Below are positions 35,284-45,858 of a stretch of DNA of 56,043 nt, in pieces; within the stretch, counting starts at the first letter, position 1, and every line of letters begins with the position of its first letter. The notes below the pieces were generated by a model that saw nothing but the letters and a program-made list of their open reading frames with translations, ran no database searches and was not told the origin of the DNA. Source of the stretch: Dehalococcoidia bacterium (GTDB lineage: Bacteria; Chloroflexota; Dehalococcoidia; Dehalococcoidales; BS750m-G39); assembly GCA_030608005.1 (NCBI GenBank), contig JAUWIX010000004.1, forward strand, positions 1 through 56,043, given 5' to 3'. The translations under genes were made by a program, and so were the position numbers.

Positions 35284-36458
35284 TGGCAAAAAGGATAGGC
35301 ATTGAGGTTTCGCTGGCAATCGCTGAGGCAGCTAAACTAGCCGATGTTGATGTTGTGGCTGCCTATCCCATTACTCCACAGACTCACATTGTGGAACACC
35401 TGGCTGAGCTGGTAGCCAATGGCGAGTTGGATGCAGCCTATATTCCAGTCGAATCCGAGCACTCAGCCATGAGCGCCTGCCTGGGAGCATCAGCCGCCGG
35501 GGCTCGAACCTTTACCGCTACCGCCGGTCAGGGGCTTGAGCTGATGCATGAGGTGCTGTATGTTGCCTCATCAATGCAGTTACCAGTAGTTATGGCGGTG
35601 GCTAACCGAGCATTATCAGCGCCACTAAGCGTCTGGGGTGACCACTCTGATGTTATGGCTGTCCGTGATACCGGCTGGATTCAGCTCTTTGTGGAAAATG
35701 GGCAGGAGGCGGTGGATAATGTCCTGTGTGCCTTCCGCATTGGCGAAGACCCCAGGGTCTTGCTTCCAGTGATGATTCACCTGGATGGATTCCACTTGAC
35801 CCACATGATTGAACCACTGCTTTTCCCAGAGCAGAGCCAGGTTGATAAATTTATCCCTCCATATCAGCACCCCATGCCCCTACACCCGGATAGACCAGTA
35901 ACTATGGGGGCTTTCGCACCACCTATCATATACTTTGAGACAAAGAAGGCGCAGGAAGTAAATTTAGAAGCAGCCAAAGAGGTAATCCTCCAGTGCTGGG
36001 ATAACTTTGGCAAAACCTTCCAGCGATATTACTCTCCAGTAGAATGCTACCGCAGTGAAGATGCCAGGGTGCTGCTATTGACCATGGGCAGCTTTAGTGA
36101 GACGGCAATGACGGCTATAGACAAGATGAGGGGAGAGGGCAGAGAGGTGGGATTGCTCAGACTCCGCTTATGGCGTCCCTTCCCCTTTGACGAAATTCGC
36201 CAGGCGGTCGGAAATGCCGAGGTTCTCATCGTTCTGGATAGGGCGCTCTCCTTTGGTGGTCCCGGAGGCCCAGTTTGCTCTGAGGTCAGGTCAGCCTTAT
36301 ATAGTGAGGACAAGAGGCCAAAGGTCATAGGCTTCGTCGGGGGATTGGGGGGCAGGGATATTACCCCGGCGGGGTTTGAGGAAATAGTCGATAGAGGCAT
36401 AGAAATCTCACAAAAGGGAAGTGACCAGGAATTTGAAATATTCGGAGTGAGAGAGTAA
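35283..36458 (+). CDS. porA: 2-oxoacid:ferredoxin oxidoreductase alpha subunit
   Basis: AAYPITPQT, ESEHSAMS, NRALSAP. Confidence 0.95.
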   Translation: MAKRIGIEVSLAIAEAAKLADVDVVAAYPITPQTHIVEHLAELVANGELDAAYIPVESEHSAMSACLGASAAGARTFTATAGQGLELMHEVLYVASSMQLPVVMAVANRALSAPLSVWGDHSDVMAVRDTGWIQLFVENGQEAVDNVLCAFRIGEDPRVLLPVMIHLDGFHLTHMIEPLLFPEQSQVDKFIPPYQHPMPLHPDRPVTMGAFAPPIIYFETKKAQEVNLEAAKEVILQCWDNFGKTFQRYYSPVECYRSEDARVLLLTMGSFSETAMTAIDKMRGEGREVGLLRLRLWRPFPFDEIRQAVGNAEVLIVLDRALSFGGPGGPVCSEVRSALYSEDKRPKVIGFVGGLGGRDITPAGFEEIVDRGIEISQKGSDQEFEIFGVRE

Positions 36459-36584
36459 AATAATCAACTTAACATAACTCGAGAAACAATTTTCCTATCT
36501 GGCTAAATAGGAATTGTCTCCCCCAAAAAAAATAATTGGAATTTTTATAGCTAATAAAATAGGATTTGTTTCTTAAAACAAAAA

Positions 36585-37505
36585 ATGGAAAAGTATGCTG
36601 TCTTCGTCCCCAAATTAGTAACCAAAAGGGAAAACTTTGCCCCTGGGCACCGGGCTTGTATCGGCTGTGGTGAGGCTCTGGCAGTGAGGCTTGCCTGCAA
36701 GCCACTGGGGCAGAGGGTGATAATAGTTACCGCCACCGGGTGTATAGAGATAATCTCGTCACAGCTCCCCTATACCTCCTGGCGCGTTCCCTGGATTCAT
36801 ACCCTATTTGAGAATACGGCAGCCGTGGCTTCTGGCATAGAATCGGGGCTGAAGATACTGATGAAGAAGGGCAGAATTGCTCAGCAGGAAATTAAAGTAG
36901 TAGCCATGGCTGGAGATGGTGCCACCAGCGATATTGGGCTCCAGGCGCTATCTGGAGCCATGGAGAGGGGGCATGACTTCCTCTATATCTGCTTTGACAA
37001 TGAAGCCTATATGAATACCGGGGTTCAAAGGTCTTCGGCTACCCCCTTTGGTGCTTCTACTACCACCTCCCCTGCCGGCAGGGTGAGCATCGGGCAGGTT
37101 ACCTGGAAGAAGGATATGCCAGCCATTGCTGCTGCCCATGACATCCCCTATGTAGCTACTGCCTGCCCCAGCTACCCCTTTGACCTGATGGATAAGGTGG
37201 CAAAGGGGGCAGCGACCCCAGGTCCAGCTTATGTCCACATCCTATCTCCTTGCCCTACCGGGTGGAGATTTGCTCCCGATTTAACCGTCAGACTCGGTCG
37301 TCTGGCAGTAGAGACAGGGATATTCCCCCTGTATGAAGTGGAGAATGGTACCTATAGACTAAATTTCGATTTCCCCAAACTTAGACCGGTTACGGACTAC
37401 ATGAAGCTGCAAGGGAGGTTCAGGCACCTGTCTGAGGATGTAATAAATAAGATTCAGCAGAGGGTAAATAGGGAATATGCTAAGCTTCGGGAGAAAGTAA
37501 AGTGA
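36585..37505 (+). CDS. porB: 2-oxoacid:ferredoxin oxidoreductase beta subunit (TPP-binding)
   Basis: GHRACIGCG, GDG...DNEAYMNTG.QRS, SPCPTGW. Confidence 0.95.
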   Translation: MEKYAVFVPKLVTKRENFAPGHRACIGCGEALAVRLACKPLGQRVIIVTATGCIEIISSQLPYTSWRVPWIHTLFENTAAVASGIESGLKILMKKGRIAQQEIKVVAMAGDGATSDIGLQALSGAMERGHDFLYICFDNEAYMNTGVQRSSATPFGASTTTSPAGRVSIGQVTWKKDMPAIAAAHDIPYVATACPSYPFDLMDKVAKGAATPGPAYVHILSPCPTGWRFAPDLTVRLGRLAVETGIFPLYEVENGTYRLNFDFPKLRPVTDYMKLQGRFRHLSEDVINKIQQRVNREYAKLREKVK

Positions 37506-37972
37506 GCACAGAAGTCGAACAAATGGAAGAGAGGGTAGAGTCAATATTGGATAATTACCAGCGTGAGAAGGGAATGCTGGTATCCATGTTGCAGGATATC
37601 CAAGCGGAATACAATTATCTACCCGGAGAAGCCTTAGTACAGGTTAGCCGAGGTTTAGATGTTGCCCTAAGTCAGGTCTATAGTGTAGCCACCTTTTTTA
37701 AGGCTTTCAGTTTAAAACTGAGGGGACGTCACCTAATCAATGTCTGCCTCGGCACTGCCTGCCATGTTAGGGGTGCAGTTAGAATCCTGGAGGAGATGGA
37801 GCGGAAGCTTGGCATCAAACCGGGAGAAACAACCGAAGACCTTAAATATACCCTGGAGACAGTTAACTGCGTTGGAGCCTGTGCTCTAGGCCCTATAGTA
37901 ATAATTGATGGTAAATATTCAGGGCAGATGAAGAGCAACAAGGTAAAACCTTTATTGGAAAGCTACGAGTAA
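37502..37972 (+). CDS. NuoE/HydC-like [2Fe-2S] subunit
   Basis: [24 protein letters not shown]. Confidence 0.93.
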   Translation: MSTEVEQMEERVESILDNYQREKGMLVSMLQDIQAEYNYLPGEALVQVSRGLDVALSQVYSVATFFKAFSLKLRGRHLINVCLGTACHVRGAVRILEEMERKLGIKPGETTEDLKYTLETVNCVGACALGPIVIIDGKYSGQMKSNKVKPLLESYE

Positions 37973-37974
37973 TT

Positions 37975-39849
37975 ATGGGAAAGGAACAAGCATTGAACAG
38001 GCTAAGCTCGCCACATGAGCTAGAGGCTTTAAGAAAATCAATAATTGAAAAGAGGGACCCTAATAAGTTCTGCGTAACCATATGTGGCGGCACCGGTTGC
38101 CAAGCCTGTGGCTGTGAGAGTGTAGCCGCCGCTTTCGAACAGGAAATCAAGCAGCGGGGACTGAAAACTAAGGTGGATATGAAAGTTACCGGGTGCCACG
38201 GTTTCTGCGAACGGGGACCACTTATAGTTATTAAACCGGAGAACATTTTCTATCAGCGGACAAGTGTAGAAGATGTTCCCGAGATAATCTCGGAGACTAT
38301 CATTAAAGGCAATATTATTGATAGATTACTCTATATTGACCCAAATACTGGTGGGAAAATAACCTACGAGCATGAAGTGCCATTCTATAAGAAGCAGAAC
38401 CGGCTCGTCTTTGGCAATAACGGCAACATTGACCCTACCATAATAGATGACTACCTTGCTGTTGGTGGTTACTCTGCTTTGAGCAAAGCCCTTTATAAGA
38501 TGTCTCCAGAGGAGATAATTGAAGAGGTCAAAAAAGCTGGCTTGCGGGGGCGTGGTGGTGGGGGATTCCCCGCCGGCGTCAAGTGGGAAACCTGCCGTCG
38601 GGCACCTGGCGACACCAAGTATATCATATGTAATTGTGATGAGGGAGACCCCGGGGCTTATATGGATAGGAGCTTGATGGAGGGAAATCCTCATAGCGTT
38701 CTGGAAGGAATGATAATAGGAGCTTATGCTATCGGAGGTCACGAGGGCTATATCTATGTCCGTAACGAGTATCCTCTAGCTGTAAAACATGCACAGATAG
38801 CCATTAAACAAGCCGAGGAGTATGGACTTCTAGGGAAAAACATCCTGGGCTCCGGGTTTGACTTCAGCATCAAAATAAATAGGGGTGGTGGGGCTTTTAT
38901 CTGTGGCGAGTCAACGGCACTGATGGCTTCGCTGGAAGGCAAAGTAGGCGAGCCCAGGGCAAAGTATGTTCACACTGTGGAGAAGGGCTTGTGGGAACAG
39001 CCTACCAATCTCAACAATGTGGAAACCTGGGCTAATGTCCCGCTAATAATCAAAAACGGTGCTGATTGGTATTCAACAATAGGCACTGAAGGCAGCAAGG
39101 GAACCAAGATTTTCTCACTGGTGGGTAAGATTAATAACACCGGCCTAGTAGAAGTCCCGATGGGAATAAGCTTGAAGGAGATTATCTATGATATAGGTGG
39201 CGGTATTCCCGGGGGTAGAAAATTCAAGGCGGTGCAGACTGGTGGTCCCTCAGGTGGCTGCATCCCTGAAAGTTTGCTTGACCTGCCGGTGGATTTTGAC
39301 CAACTCACCAAGGTTGGCTCGATGATGGGCTCCGGCGGAATGATTGTGATGGATGAGGATACCTGTATGGTGGATATAGCCAAGTACTTCATCGGCTTCC
39401 TCCAGGGTGAGTCGTGTGGCAAATGTATTCCTTGCCGCGAGGGGTTAAAAAGGATGGGTGAGATACTAACCGACATCACTGAGGGGAGGGGGAAAGATGG
39501 AGATATTGAACTACTTGAGCGCTTGTCGGCCACAATTATAGATAGCTCCCTATGCGCTTTGGGCAGTACTGCTCCCAATCCCGTCTTAACTACTATACGC
39601 TATTTCAGGGATGAGTATGAAGCCCATATTAGAGATAAGAGATGCCCAGCCGGTGTCTGCAAGGAATTAGTTACCTATCTCATTGATGAGGAGAAGTGCC
39701 CTGGATGTAGGCTATGCGTGAAGGCCTGCCCTGTAGAAGCAATAACCTTTATGGGGAAGAGGAAGCCGGTTGTCTTAGACCAAGAGAAGTGCATCAAGTG
39801 TGGCTCTTGCTATGATGTGTGTAAGCTCGATGCTGTAATAAGGAAGTGA
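37975..39849 (+). CDS. NuoF/HydB-like FMN/NADH-binding subunit with extra Fe-S domains
   Basis: N-terminal thioredoxin-like CGGTGC...GCHGFC; [33 protein letters not shown]; C-terminal 2[4Fe-4S]. Confidence 0.95.
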   Translation: MGKEQALNRLSSPHELEALRKSIIEKRDPNKFCVTICGGTGCQACGCESVAAAFEQEIKQRGLKTKVDMKVTGCHGFCERGPLIVIKPENIFYQRTSVEDVPEIISETIIKGNIIDRLLYIDPNTGGKITYEHEVPFYKKQNRLVFGNNGNIDPTIIDDYLAVGGYSALSKALYKMSPEEIIEEVKKAGLRGRGGGGFPAGVKWETCRRAPGDTKYIICNCDEGDPGAYMDRSLMEGNPHSVLEGMIIGAYAIGGHEGYIYVRNEYPLAVKHAQIAIKQAEEYGLLGKNILGSGFDFSIKINRGGGAFICGESTALMASLEGKVGEPRAKYVHTVEKGLWEQPTNLNNVETWANVPLIIKNGADWYSTIGTEGSKGTKIFSLVGKINNTGLVEVPMGISLKEIIYDIGGGIPGGRKFKAVQTGGPSGGCIPESLLDLPVDFDQLTKVGSMMGSGGMIVMDEDTCMVDIAKYFIGFLQGESCGKCIPCREGLKRMGEILTDITEGRGKDGDIELLERLSATIIDSSLCALGSTAPNPVLTTIRYFRDEYEAHIRDKRCPAGVCKELVTYLIDEEKCPGCRLCVKACPVEAITFMGKRKPVVLDQEKCIKCGSCYDVCKLDAVIRK

Positions 39850-39861
39850 AGGCAGGGAGAA

Positions 39862-40575
39862 ATGGTTACACTGACAATTGATGGTCGAGAGGTTCAAGCA
39901 GAAGAGGGGACAACCATATTGGAGGCGGCTAGAGAGAATAATATCTACATACCCTCTCTTTGCTATCATGAAGAGGTGACACCATATGGGGCTTGCCGAC
40001 TTTGCCTGGTTGAAATCGCTAGAGATGGAAGGCAAAGACTAGTAGCCTCTTGCCTCTACCAGGTAGAGGAAGGGCTTATGGTGAAGACCAACTCCGAAAG
40101 GATTATAGATAATCGCAGAATGATAATGGAGTTGCTGCTTGCCAGGTGCCCTAACAACAAGGTAATACAGGATTTAGCTAGGCAGCTAGGTGTTGAGGAA
40201 ACAAGCTTTAAGCTAGAGGATAATCAATGTATCCTCTGTGGGTTATGTGTTAGGGTCTGCCAGGAGGTTGTGGGTGTCTCAGCAATTAGCTTAGTTAATC
40301 GGGGCGTTGATAGAGAGATGGCTACCCCCTTTTATGAGCATTCAGAGGCTTGTATTGGTTGTGGTTCTTGCGCTTACGTCTGCCCTACCGGTGCTATAAC
40401 GGTAGAGGATGTTGGAGATAAAAGAAGAATAACTATGCCTACTTGCCAAATGGAGTTTAAGTTAAAACAGTGTAACACCTGCGGTAAGTACTGGGCTCCG
40501 GAAAAACAGCTAGACTACATAATCAAAAAGGCGGATTTAGCCCCTGACACCTTTGATAACTGCCCTGACTGCTGA
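39862..40575 (+). CDS. Short NuoG/HydA-N-terminal-like Fe-S protein with no catalytic domain
   Basis: IPSLC..GACRLC..ASC [2Fe-2S]; CILCGLCVRVC and CIGCGSCAYVCP; terminal CNTC..CPDC. Confidence 0.9.
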   Translation: MVTLTIDGREVQAEEGTTILEAARENNIYIPSLCYHEEVTPYGACRLCLVEIARDGRQRLVASCLYQVEEGLMVKTNSERIIDNRRMIMELLLARCPNNKVIQDLARQLGVEETSFKLEDNQCILCGLCVRVCQEVVGVSAISLVNRGVDREMATPFYEHSEACIGCGSCAYVCPTGAITVEDVGDKRRITMPTCQMEFKLKQCNTCGKYWAPEKQLDYIIKKADLAPDTFDNCPDC

Positions 40576-40590
40576 GATTAGCCCTCCAGT

Positions 40591-40619
40591 TTGACCCAAA
40601 ATAAATGCTTTGCTATACT
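40591..40619 (+). promoter_or_regulatory. Promoter for tRNA-Pro
   Basis: TTGACC-N17-TATACT with TG extension. Confidence 0.7.
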
Positions 40620-40627
40620 TCCCGCTG

Positions 40628-40703
40628 CGGGGTGTAGCGCAGAGGGTAGCGCGCATGGTTTGGGACCATGAGGTCGGAGGTTCAAATCCTCTCACCCCGA
40701 CCA
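40628..40703 (+). tRNA. tRNA-Pro(TGG)
   Basis: CGGGGTG/CACCCCG acceptor stem, CATGG-TTTGGGA-CCATG anticodon arm, GGTTCAAATCC, CCA end. Confidence 0.96.
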
Positions 40704-40821
40704 TAGATAGGAAATTAAGAGGTTAGACCTCCTTCCTTTATCTTCTTCTCCGTCCTGAAGTTCTTATCACCTTATCATTTTCTACAAAATTTAGTATAGA
40801 GCCAACCGGGGGTTGGGATGC

Positions 40822-40850
40822 TTTACAGGGAATATTGATTATGGTATACT
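40822..40850 (+). promoter_or_regulatory. Promoter for the nusA-infB operon
   Basis: TTTACA-N17-TATACT with TG extension. Confidence 0.7.
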
Positions 40851-40876
40851 TATTTTAGATAAAGGCTGAGTTAGCT

Positions 40877-40901
40877 AAGTGGGTTTCATTCCCACTTTTT
40901 T
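40877..40901 (+). terminator. Leader hairpin plus U-tract (rimP/nusA-leader-like attenuator)
   Basis: AAGTGGG-tttcatt-CCCACTT followed by T run, between promoter and nusA. Confidence 0.65.
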
Positions 40902-40943
40902 AATTGTGAGTAAGAATAACAGGGTCGGAGGTCTTAATCTCAG

Positions 40944-42353
40944 ATGAAGAGCGAATTTATGCTCGCTATAACTCAGCTCTCGGCAGAGAAGAACCTGCCC
41001 AAGGAGGTGGTTATTGCTGCGGTAGAGGCAGCGCTGGTATCGGCTTATAGGAAAGACAATTTTGCCCCCAACCAAAATATTTCGGTCAAGATTGATCCCG
41101 CTACTGGTGGGGTTGAAGTGTGGGCGGAGAAAACTGTAGTTGAGCAACCTTTAGATATACGCCGAGAAATATCACTAAGCGAGGTGAGCAAGATTAAACC
41201 AGATGCACAGATTGGTGAGACTATTAAGGTAGAAGCCACCCCGCGCAACGCTGGGCGCATTGCAGCTCAAACGGCAAAGCAGGTTATTCTCCAGCGCCTT
41301 CATGAGGCAGAGCATAGCGCCATATTTGAGGAATATTCTGATAAGGAGGGTGATATTGTCGCTGGGTTGGTGCAACGCATTGAGCCTAGGCAGATCTTTA
41401 TCGATTTGGGTAGAGCAGAGGCAATACTCCCCGCTGCTGAACAGGTGCGCAATGAGAGATATCGTGCCGGTCAAAGGCTTAAGGTTTATCTTCTAGAGGT
41501 GGCTCGGACCAGCAGAGGACCTCAGGTAGTGGTGTCACGCTCTCACCCAGATTTACTTCGTCGGCTTTTTGAGCTGGAGGTTCCTGAGGTTCTTAGCGGG
41601 ATAGTGGAGTTGAAATCTATCGCCCGTGAGGCTGGCTATCGGAGTAAGGTAGCGGTGTCAGCACGCCAGGATGGCATTGACCCGGTTGGTTGCTGTGTTG
41701 GACTTCGTGGTATCAGGATACAAAATATTATGAGAGAGTTAAATGGCGAAAAACTAGATGTCGTTACCTGGAGCCCAGATGCCCCGGTCTTCGTTGCTAA
41801 TGCCCTTAGCCCGGCACAGGTATTAAGTGTGGAGCTGGATGAGGGCGATGGGATAGCTACTGTGGTTGTCCCTGATAGGCAACTCTCATTAGCCATCGGT
41901 AAGGAGGGGCAGAATGCTAGATTGGCAGCTAAGCTCACCGGGTGGCGGATTGACATTAAGAGCGCCTCAACCGCCGAGGAAGAAAGGTTGGCGAAAGCCG
42001 AGCCTTTACCTGAGCTAGGGGGGGAGGCTGTAGTTGGTGAAGAGCTTCCTGCTGAATTACCTGCTGTTGAGGAGCCTGCCTTAGCCTCTGCAGAGGCAGC
42101 GGCTGAGCCTCTGCTCACTCTTGATACCACGCTTATTTCTCCTGAGACTTTTCTGGAACCGAAAGCAATATTAGAGAAACCTCAGCTCCGGTTTGCTGAG
42201 GATGTTTTAGTATCTGGGCCGACTAAGCCTGTGGCTAAATCGAGGATGAAGAAAAAGAAGAGCGCTCACGAGCGGGGTGCTGATGAGGGCATCAGGCTCG
42301 GGAAACAGCGCCAAAAGTCAGAAATTTTTGATGAGGAGGAAGAGGAGTATTAA
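40944..42353 (+). CDS. nusA: Transcription termination/antitermination factor NusA
   Basis: GRIAAQTAKQVI, LFELEVPE, AREAGYRSK, SLAIGKEGQNARLAAKLTGWRIDI; acidic low-complexity tail. Confidence 0.97.
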   Translation: MKSEFMLAITQLSAEKNLPKEVVIAAVEAALVSAYRKDNFAPNQNISVKIDPATGGVEVWAEKTVVEQPLDIRREISLSEVSKIKPDAQIGETIKVEATPRNAGRIAAQTAKQVILQRLHEAEHSAIFEEYSDKEGDIVAGLVQRIEPRQIFIDLGRAEAILPAAEQVRNERYRAGQRLKVYLLEVARTSRGPQVVVSRSHPDLLRRLFELEVPEVLSGIVELKSIAREAGYRSKVAVSARQDGIDPVGCCVGLRGIRIQNIMRELNGEKLDVVTWSPDAPVFVANALSPAQVLSVELDEGDGIATVVVPDRQLSLAIGKEGQNARLAAKLTGWRIDIKSASTAEEERLAKAEPLPELGGEAVVGEELPAELPAVEEPALASAEAAAEPLLTLDTTLISPETFLEPKAILEKPQLRFAEDVLVSGPTKPVAKSRMKKKKSAHERGADEGIRLGKQRQKSEIFDEEEEEY

Positions 42354-42627
42354 TCCTGTTTCGGTCAAGCATATACCCCAGCGGACTTGTGTGGCTTGCG
42401 GTAAGGTAAGACCTAAGCGGGAGCTAATCCGTTTGGTTCGAATTTCCGGCGGTGGTATGGAGGTTGATGCTGGTGGAAAGCGGGTAGGGCGTGGTGCTTA
42501 CCTATGTCGAGCACCAGAGTGTTGGGAGATTGGACTGAAGAAGGGTCGGCTAGAACATGCCCTGCGCACCACTCTTACCCAGGATAATCGGGAGCAGCTT
42601 ATCGGATATGGGAAGGAACTGGGATAA
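42331..42627 (+). CDS. ylxR: YlxR (DUF448/RnpM) RNA-binding protein
   Basis: [21 protein letters not shown]; in-frame ATG at 42331. Confidence 0.92.
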   Translation: MRRKRSINPVSVKHIPQRTCVACGKVRPKRELIRLVRISGGGMEVDAGGKRVGRGAYLCRAPECWEIGLKKGRLEHALRTTLTQDNREQLIGYGKELG

Positions 42628-42638
42628 GGAGCGATTTA

Positions 42639-44405
42639 GTGGCAAAAGAGAGTAAATCAGGTGAACCGGGGGCAAACCTGATTGAGATTCCTCACTCTGT
42701 AGCGGTGAGGCAATTGGCCGACCTTTTGCAGGTTAGTGCCATAGATATTATCAAACAACTGATGAGAAATGGCATTTTTGCCAATATTAACCAGGTCATT
42801 GATTATAAGGCGGCAGCCGGAGCGGTTGCTGCCCTTGGTTATGAAGCCCAACTGAAGCCCTTAGCCACTATTGGCGGGAGTAGGAGGTATCGGCCTCGGG
42901 AGGAGGAACTTAGTGGTCTGCGACCACGTCCTCCGGTAGTTACTATTATGGGGCATGTCAATCACGGCAAGACTAGACTTTTGGATGCTATCCGGCAAAC
43001 CAATGTAATGGCTACCGAGGCTGGTGGTATTACCCAGCATATTGGTGCCTATCAGGTAGAAGTCAATGGGCAAAAGATTACCTTCTTGGATACCCCCGGT
43101 CATGAAGCCTTTACTGCTATGCGAGCTCGTGGAGCACAGGTAACTGACATCACCATTTTGGTGGTGGCTGCTGATGATGGGGTGATGCCGCAGACTTTAG
43201 AGGCTATTGACCATGCCCAGGCTGCTGGAGTGCCAATGGTGGTGGCTATTAATAAGATTGATAAGCCCGAGGCTAACCCTGAGCTTGTTAAGCAACAGCT
43301 AGCTGATGCTGGTTTGCTTATCGAGGAGTGGGGGGGCGATGTAGTCTGTGTTTCCATTTCAGCTAAGCAGAAGATAGGCATCTCCGAGCTACTGGAAAAT
43401 CTTCTGGTGGTAGCCGAGATGGAGGACCTTAGGGCAGACCCGTCTCGACCGGCAGTAGGGGTGGTTATCGAAGCTGAGCTGGACAAGAGTAAGGGACCAT
43501 TGGCCACGGTACTTATTCAAACCGGAACCTTAAAGCTTAGTGATACGGTGGTAGTTGGTGACACCTGGGGTAGGGTAAGGGCTATGTTTAATGATATGGG
43601 TAAGCGGGTGAGGAGAGCTGAGCCAGCCATGCCGGTTGAAGTCCTTGGTCTAGATAGTGTGCCTAAAGTGGGTGATACCCTAACCTCAGTGGCTAGCGAA
43701 CGCCAGGCCCGGGCTTTAATACAAAAGCGCCAACAGCCATCCTTATTGCCCAAGGCAGTTAGCCTTGATAATCTCTTTGCCCAAATAAGTGCTGGACAGG
43801 TAAAAGAGCTCAATGTTGTTCTCAAAACCGATGTTCAAGGCAGTATTGAGCCGATAAGAAGTTCTCTGGAAAGGCTGGCGACGGAGCAAGTCCAGGTCAG
43901 AATTATCCATAGTGGCAGTGGCAATATTACCGAGAGTGATGTTATGTTAGCTGTTGCCTCTAAGGGGCTGGTTATTGGTTTTGGTACCGACATTGAAGCC
44001 GGGGCACGGCGTTTGGCTGAGGTAGAAGGCGTTGACATCCGCTCCTATGATGTGATTTACCAAGTGGTGGATGATGTGGATAAGGCACTCAAAGGCTTGT
44101 TGGAGCCAGTTTATGCTGAGGTTATTGATGGCAGGGCTGAGGTAAGGGCAATCTTTTCCAGTGGCAGGAAGGAAAAGGCAGCCGGTGTCTATGTTACCGA
44201 GGGCAAGGTGAGTCGGGGTGCCTCAGTCAGGGTGCGGCGTGGGGAGCAGATAGTATCTGAATCTGTGGTTAGCAGCCTGAGGCGTTTCAAGGATGATGTT
44301 AAGGAGGTAACCTCTGGCTATGAGTGCGGGGTGGGTATCAAAGATTTTAACGACTTTCAAATTGGCGATATATTGGAACTTTTCAGGAGAGAGAAGGCTG
44401 GCTAA
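42639..44405 (+). CDS. infB: Translation initiation factor IF-2 (short N-terminus)
   Basis: [40 protein letters not shown]. Confidence 0.97.
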   Translation: MAKESKSGEPGANLIEIPHSVAVRQLADLLQVSAIDIIKQLMRNGIFANINQVIDYKAAAGAVAALGYEAQLKPLATIGGSRRYRPREEELSGLRPRPPVVTIMGHVNHGKTRLLDAIRQTNVMATEAGGITQHIGAYQVEVNGQKITFLDTPGHEAFTAMRARGAQVTDITILVVAADDGVMPQTLEAIDHAQAAGVPMVVAINKIDKPEANPELVKQQLADAGLLIEEWGGDVVCVSISAKQKIGISELLENLLVVAEMEDLRADPSRPAVGVVIEAELDKSKGPLATVLIQTGTLKLSDTVVVGDTWGRVRAMFNDMGKRVRRAEPAMPVEVLGLDSVPKVGDTLTSVASERQARALIQKRQQPSLLPKAVSLDNLFAQISAGQVKELNVVLKTDVQGSIEPIRSSLERLATEQVQVRIIHSGSGNITESDVMLAVASKGLVIGFGTDIEAGARRLAEVEGVDIRSYDVIYQVVDDVDKALKGLLEPVYAEVIDGRAEVRAIFSSGRKEKAAGVYVTEGKVSRGASVRVRRGEQIVSESVVSSLRRFKDDVKEVTSGYECGVGIKDFNDFQIGDILELFRREKAG

Positions 44406-44417
44406 GGGGCAATAATT

Positions 44418-44786
44418 ATGGCACATCGCATCGAGCGGGTGAATAATCTTATTCGCCACGAAATTAGTGAATTGCTTCAACGCCAAGTCAAAGACCCAAG
44501 ACTCGCCAATTTTGTTGCTGTGACCGAGGTTTCCACCTCTCCCGACCTGCGATATGCTAAGGTATTCGTAAGTTGTATGGGCAGCGAGGAGGAAAAACGA
44601 GAGGCGCTAAGTGGACTGATTGCTGCCTCAGGTTTTTTCCGTAACCGGCTGGCTAAGCGTCTGAGACTGCGCCGTATCCCTGAGCTAAGCTTTCACTGGG
44701 ATGATTCTATCCAGCGGGGGGCTCACCTCTTGCAGTTGATTGATAAGGTTAGTGACAATAGCACTCCAGACCGGCATAGTGGTTGA
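44418..44786 (+). CDS. rbfA: Ribosome-binding factor A
   Basis: KDPRL, SPDLRYAKVF, LRRIPELSF..D. Confidence 0.95.
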   Translation: MAHRIERVNNLIRHEISELLQRQVKDPRLANFVAVTEVSTSPDLRYAKVFVSCMGSEEEKREALSGLIAASGFFRNRLAKRLRLRRIPELSFHWDDSIQRGAHLLQLIDKVSDNSTPDRHSG

Positions 44787-45697
44787 CTGTGGATGGCATA
44801 CTAAATATCAATAAGCCCTGGGGCAAGACTTCCTTCAGTATTGTCTCCCTGGTGAAGCGGCTGAGCGGGGAGAGGCGCGTTGGGCATGCTGGTACCCTCG
44901 ACCCGGCAGCTACGGGTGTTTTACCTGTTTGCCTAGGTCAGGGGACGCGTATTATCCAATTTTTACTAGATGCTACCAAGGCTTATCGGGCTCAGATTGA
45001 ATTTGGTGTGGCTACGGACACCTATGATGCCACTGGTAGCATCACCAGTAAGGGAGACCCCTCTGGGATTAGCCGAGAGCGATTGCTGTCAGCACTCGCT
45101 TTATTCACGGGCGAAATCCAGCAGACTCCTCCAATGTATAGTGCTGTGAAGCATGGTGGTAAGCCACTTTATGAATTGGCACGCTCCGGTATCGAGGTTG
45201 AGAGGAGAAGCAGGCTGACTTGGGTCTATCACTTGGAGCTTATAGACTGGCAACCGCCTGTAGCTACTATAGAGGTGGAGTGTGGTAAGGGCACCTATAT
45301 CCGCGCAATAGCTCATGATTTAGGGCAACTTCTGGGTTGTGGCGCTAATTTGAAGAGCCTGAGCCGCTTGAGGTGTGGCTTGTTCGGTATTGAGGACGCA
45401 GTTTCAGTGCCCCAGCTTGAGGATGCCTTCCGCTATGGCTACTGGCAACACCTTGTCTATCCTATAGATATTGTGCTTTCCCATTGGGCGGCTATGGTGG
45501 TCGGTGATGCCACTGAAAAAGATATAAGGAACGGGCGCCCTTTGGTCTTTGAGAGGGATGATAGTTTGCCCAGGTCTTCTTATGGTGATCACTGCCGTGT
45601 CTATACCCGTGATGGTCGCTTTTTGGGTGTGCTATGCTTCAACTCAGAAGGGGGGCAGTGGCAACCGGAGAAGGTTTTTAGAGGGAGAGTAGAGTAA
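44783..45697 (+). CDS. truB: tRNA pseudouridine(55) synthase
   Basis: VGHAGTLDP.ATGVL, PPMYSA, CGKGTYIR. Confidence 0.96.
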   Translation: MTVDGILNINKPWGKTSFSIVSLVKRLSGERRVGHAGTLDPAATGVLPVCLGQGTRIIQFLLDATKAYRAQIEFGVATDTYDATGSITSKGDPSGISRERLLSALALFTGEIQQTPPMYSAVKHGGKPLYELARSGIEVERRSRLTWVYHLELIDWQPPVATIEVECGKGTYIRAIAHDLGQLLGCGANLKSLSRLRCGLFGIEDAVSVPQLEDAFRYGYWQHLVYPIDIVLSHWAAMVVGDATEKDIRNGRPLVFERDDSLPRSSYGDHCRVYTRDGRFLGVLCFNSEGGQWQPEKVFRGRVE

Positions 45698-45786
45698 GAG
45701 AGGGGCTTCGCCCCTCTCTAAAAACTCCTTCCCCCTCTCCAAGAATGGAGAGGGGGATAAAGGGGGCGAGGTTGACAAACAATATC
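45682..45786. repeat. Modular hairpin element R8
   Basis: AGAGAGGGGCTTCGCCCCTCTCT, TCCCCCTCTCCA/TGGAGAGGGGGA, right terminus GGTTGACAAACAATAT. Confidence 0.9.
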
Positions 45787-45858
45787 TTTAACAGGTCTTG
45801 ACAGCTTGCGTATAATAGGGGTATAGTTCAGCTGATACTAATAAGGAGGTGATTTGAA

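Noticed and set aside
36467-36494. dif-like site (TTATGTTAAGT resembles the XerD arm)
   Set aside because: The would-be XerC arm (GAAAATTGTTT) does not resemble known dif left arms, so this is only a half match in AT-rich DNA.
40573-40581. Selenocysteine read-through at the TGA ending the NuoG-like gene
   Set aside because: The CxxC motif is already complete, a TAG follows two codons later and no SECIS-like hairpin is apparent.
29840-40703. tRNA genes as integration sites for an island
   Set aside because: No duplicated tRNA 3' ends were noticed elsewhere in the window.
42277-42353. Non-canonical (ATT) start for ylxR
   Set aside because: An in-frame ATG exists at 42331, overlapping the nusA end.
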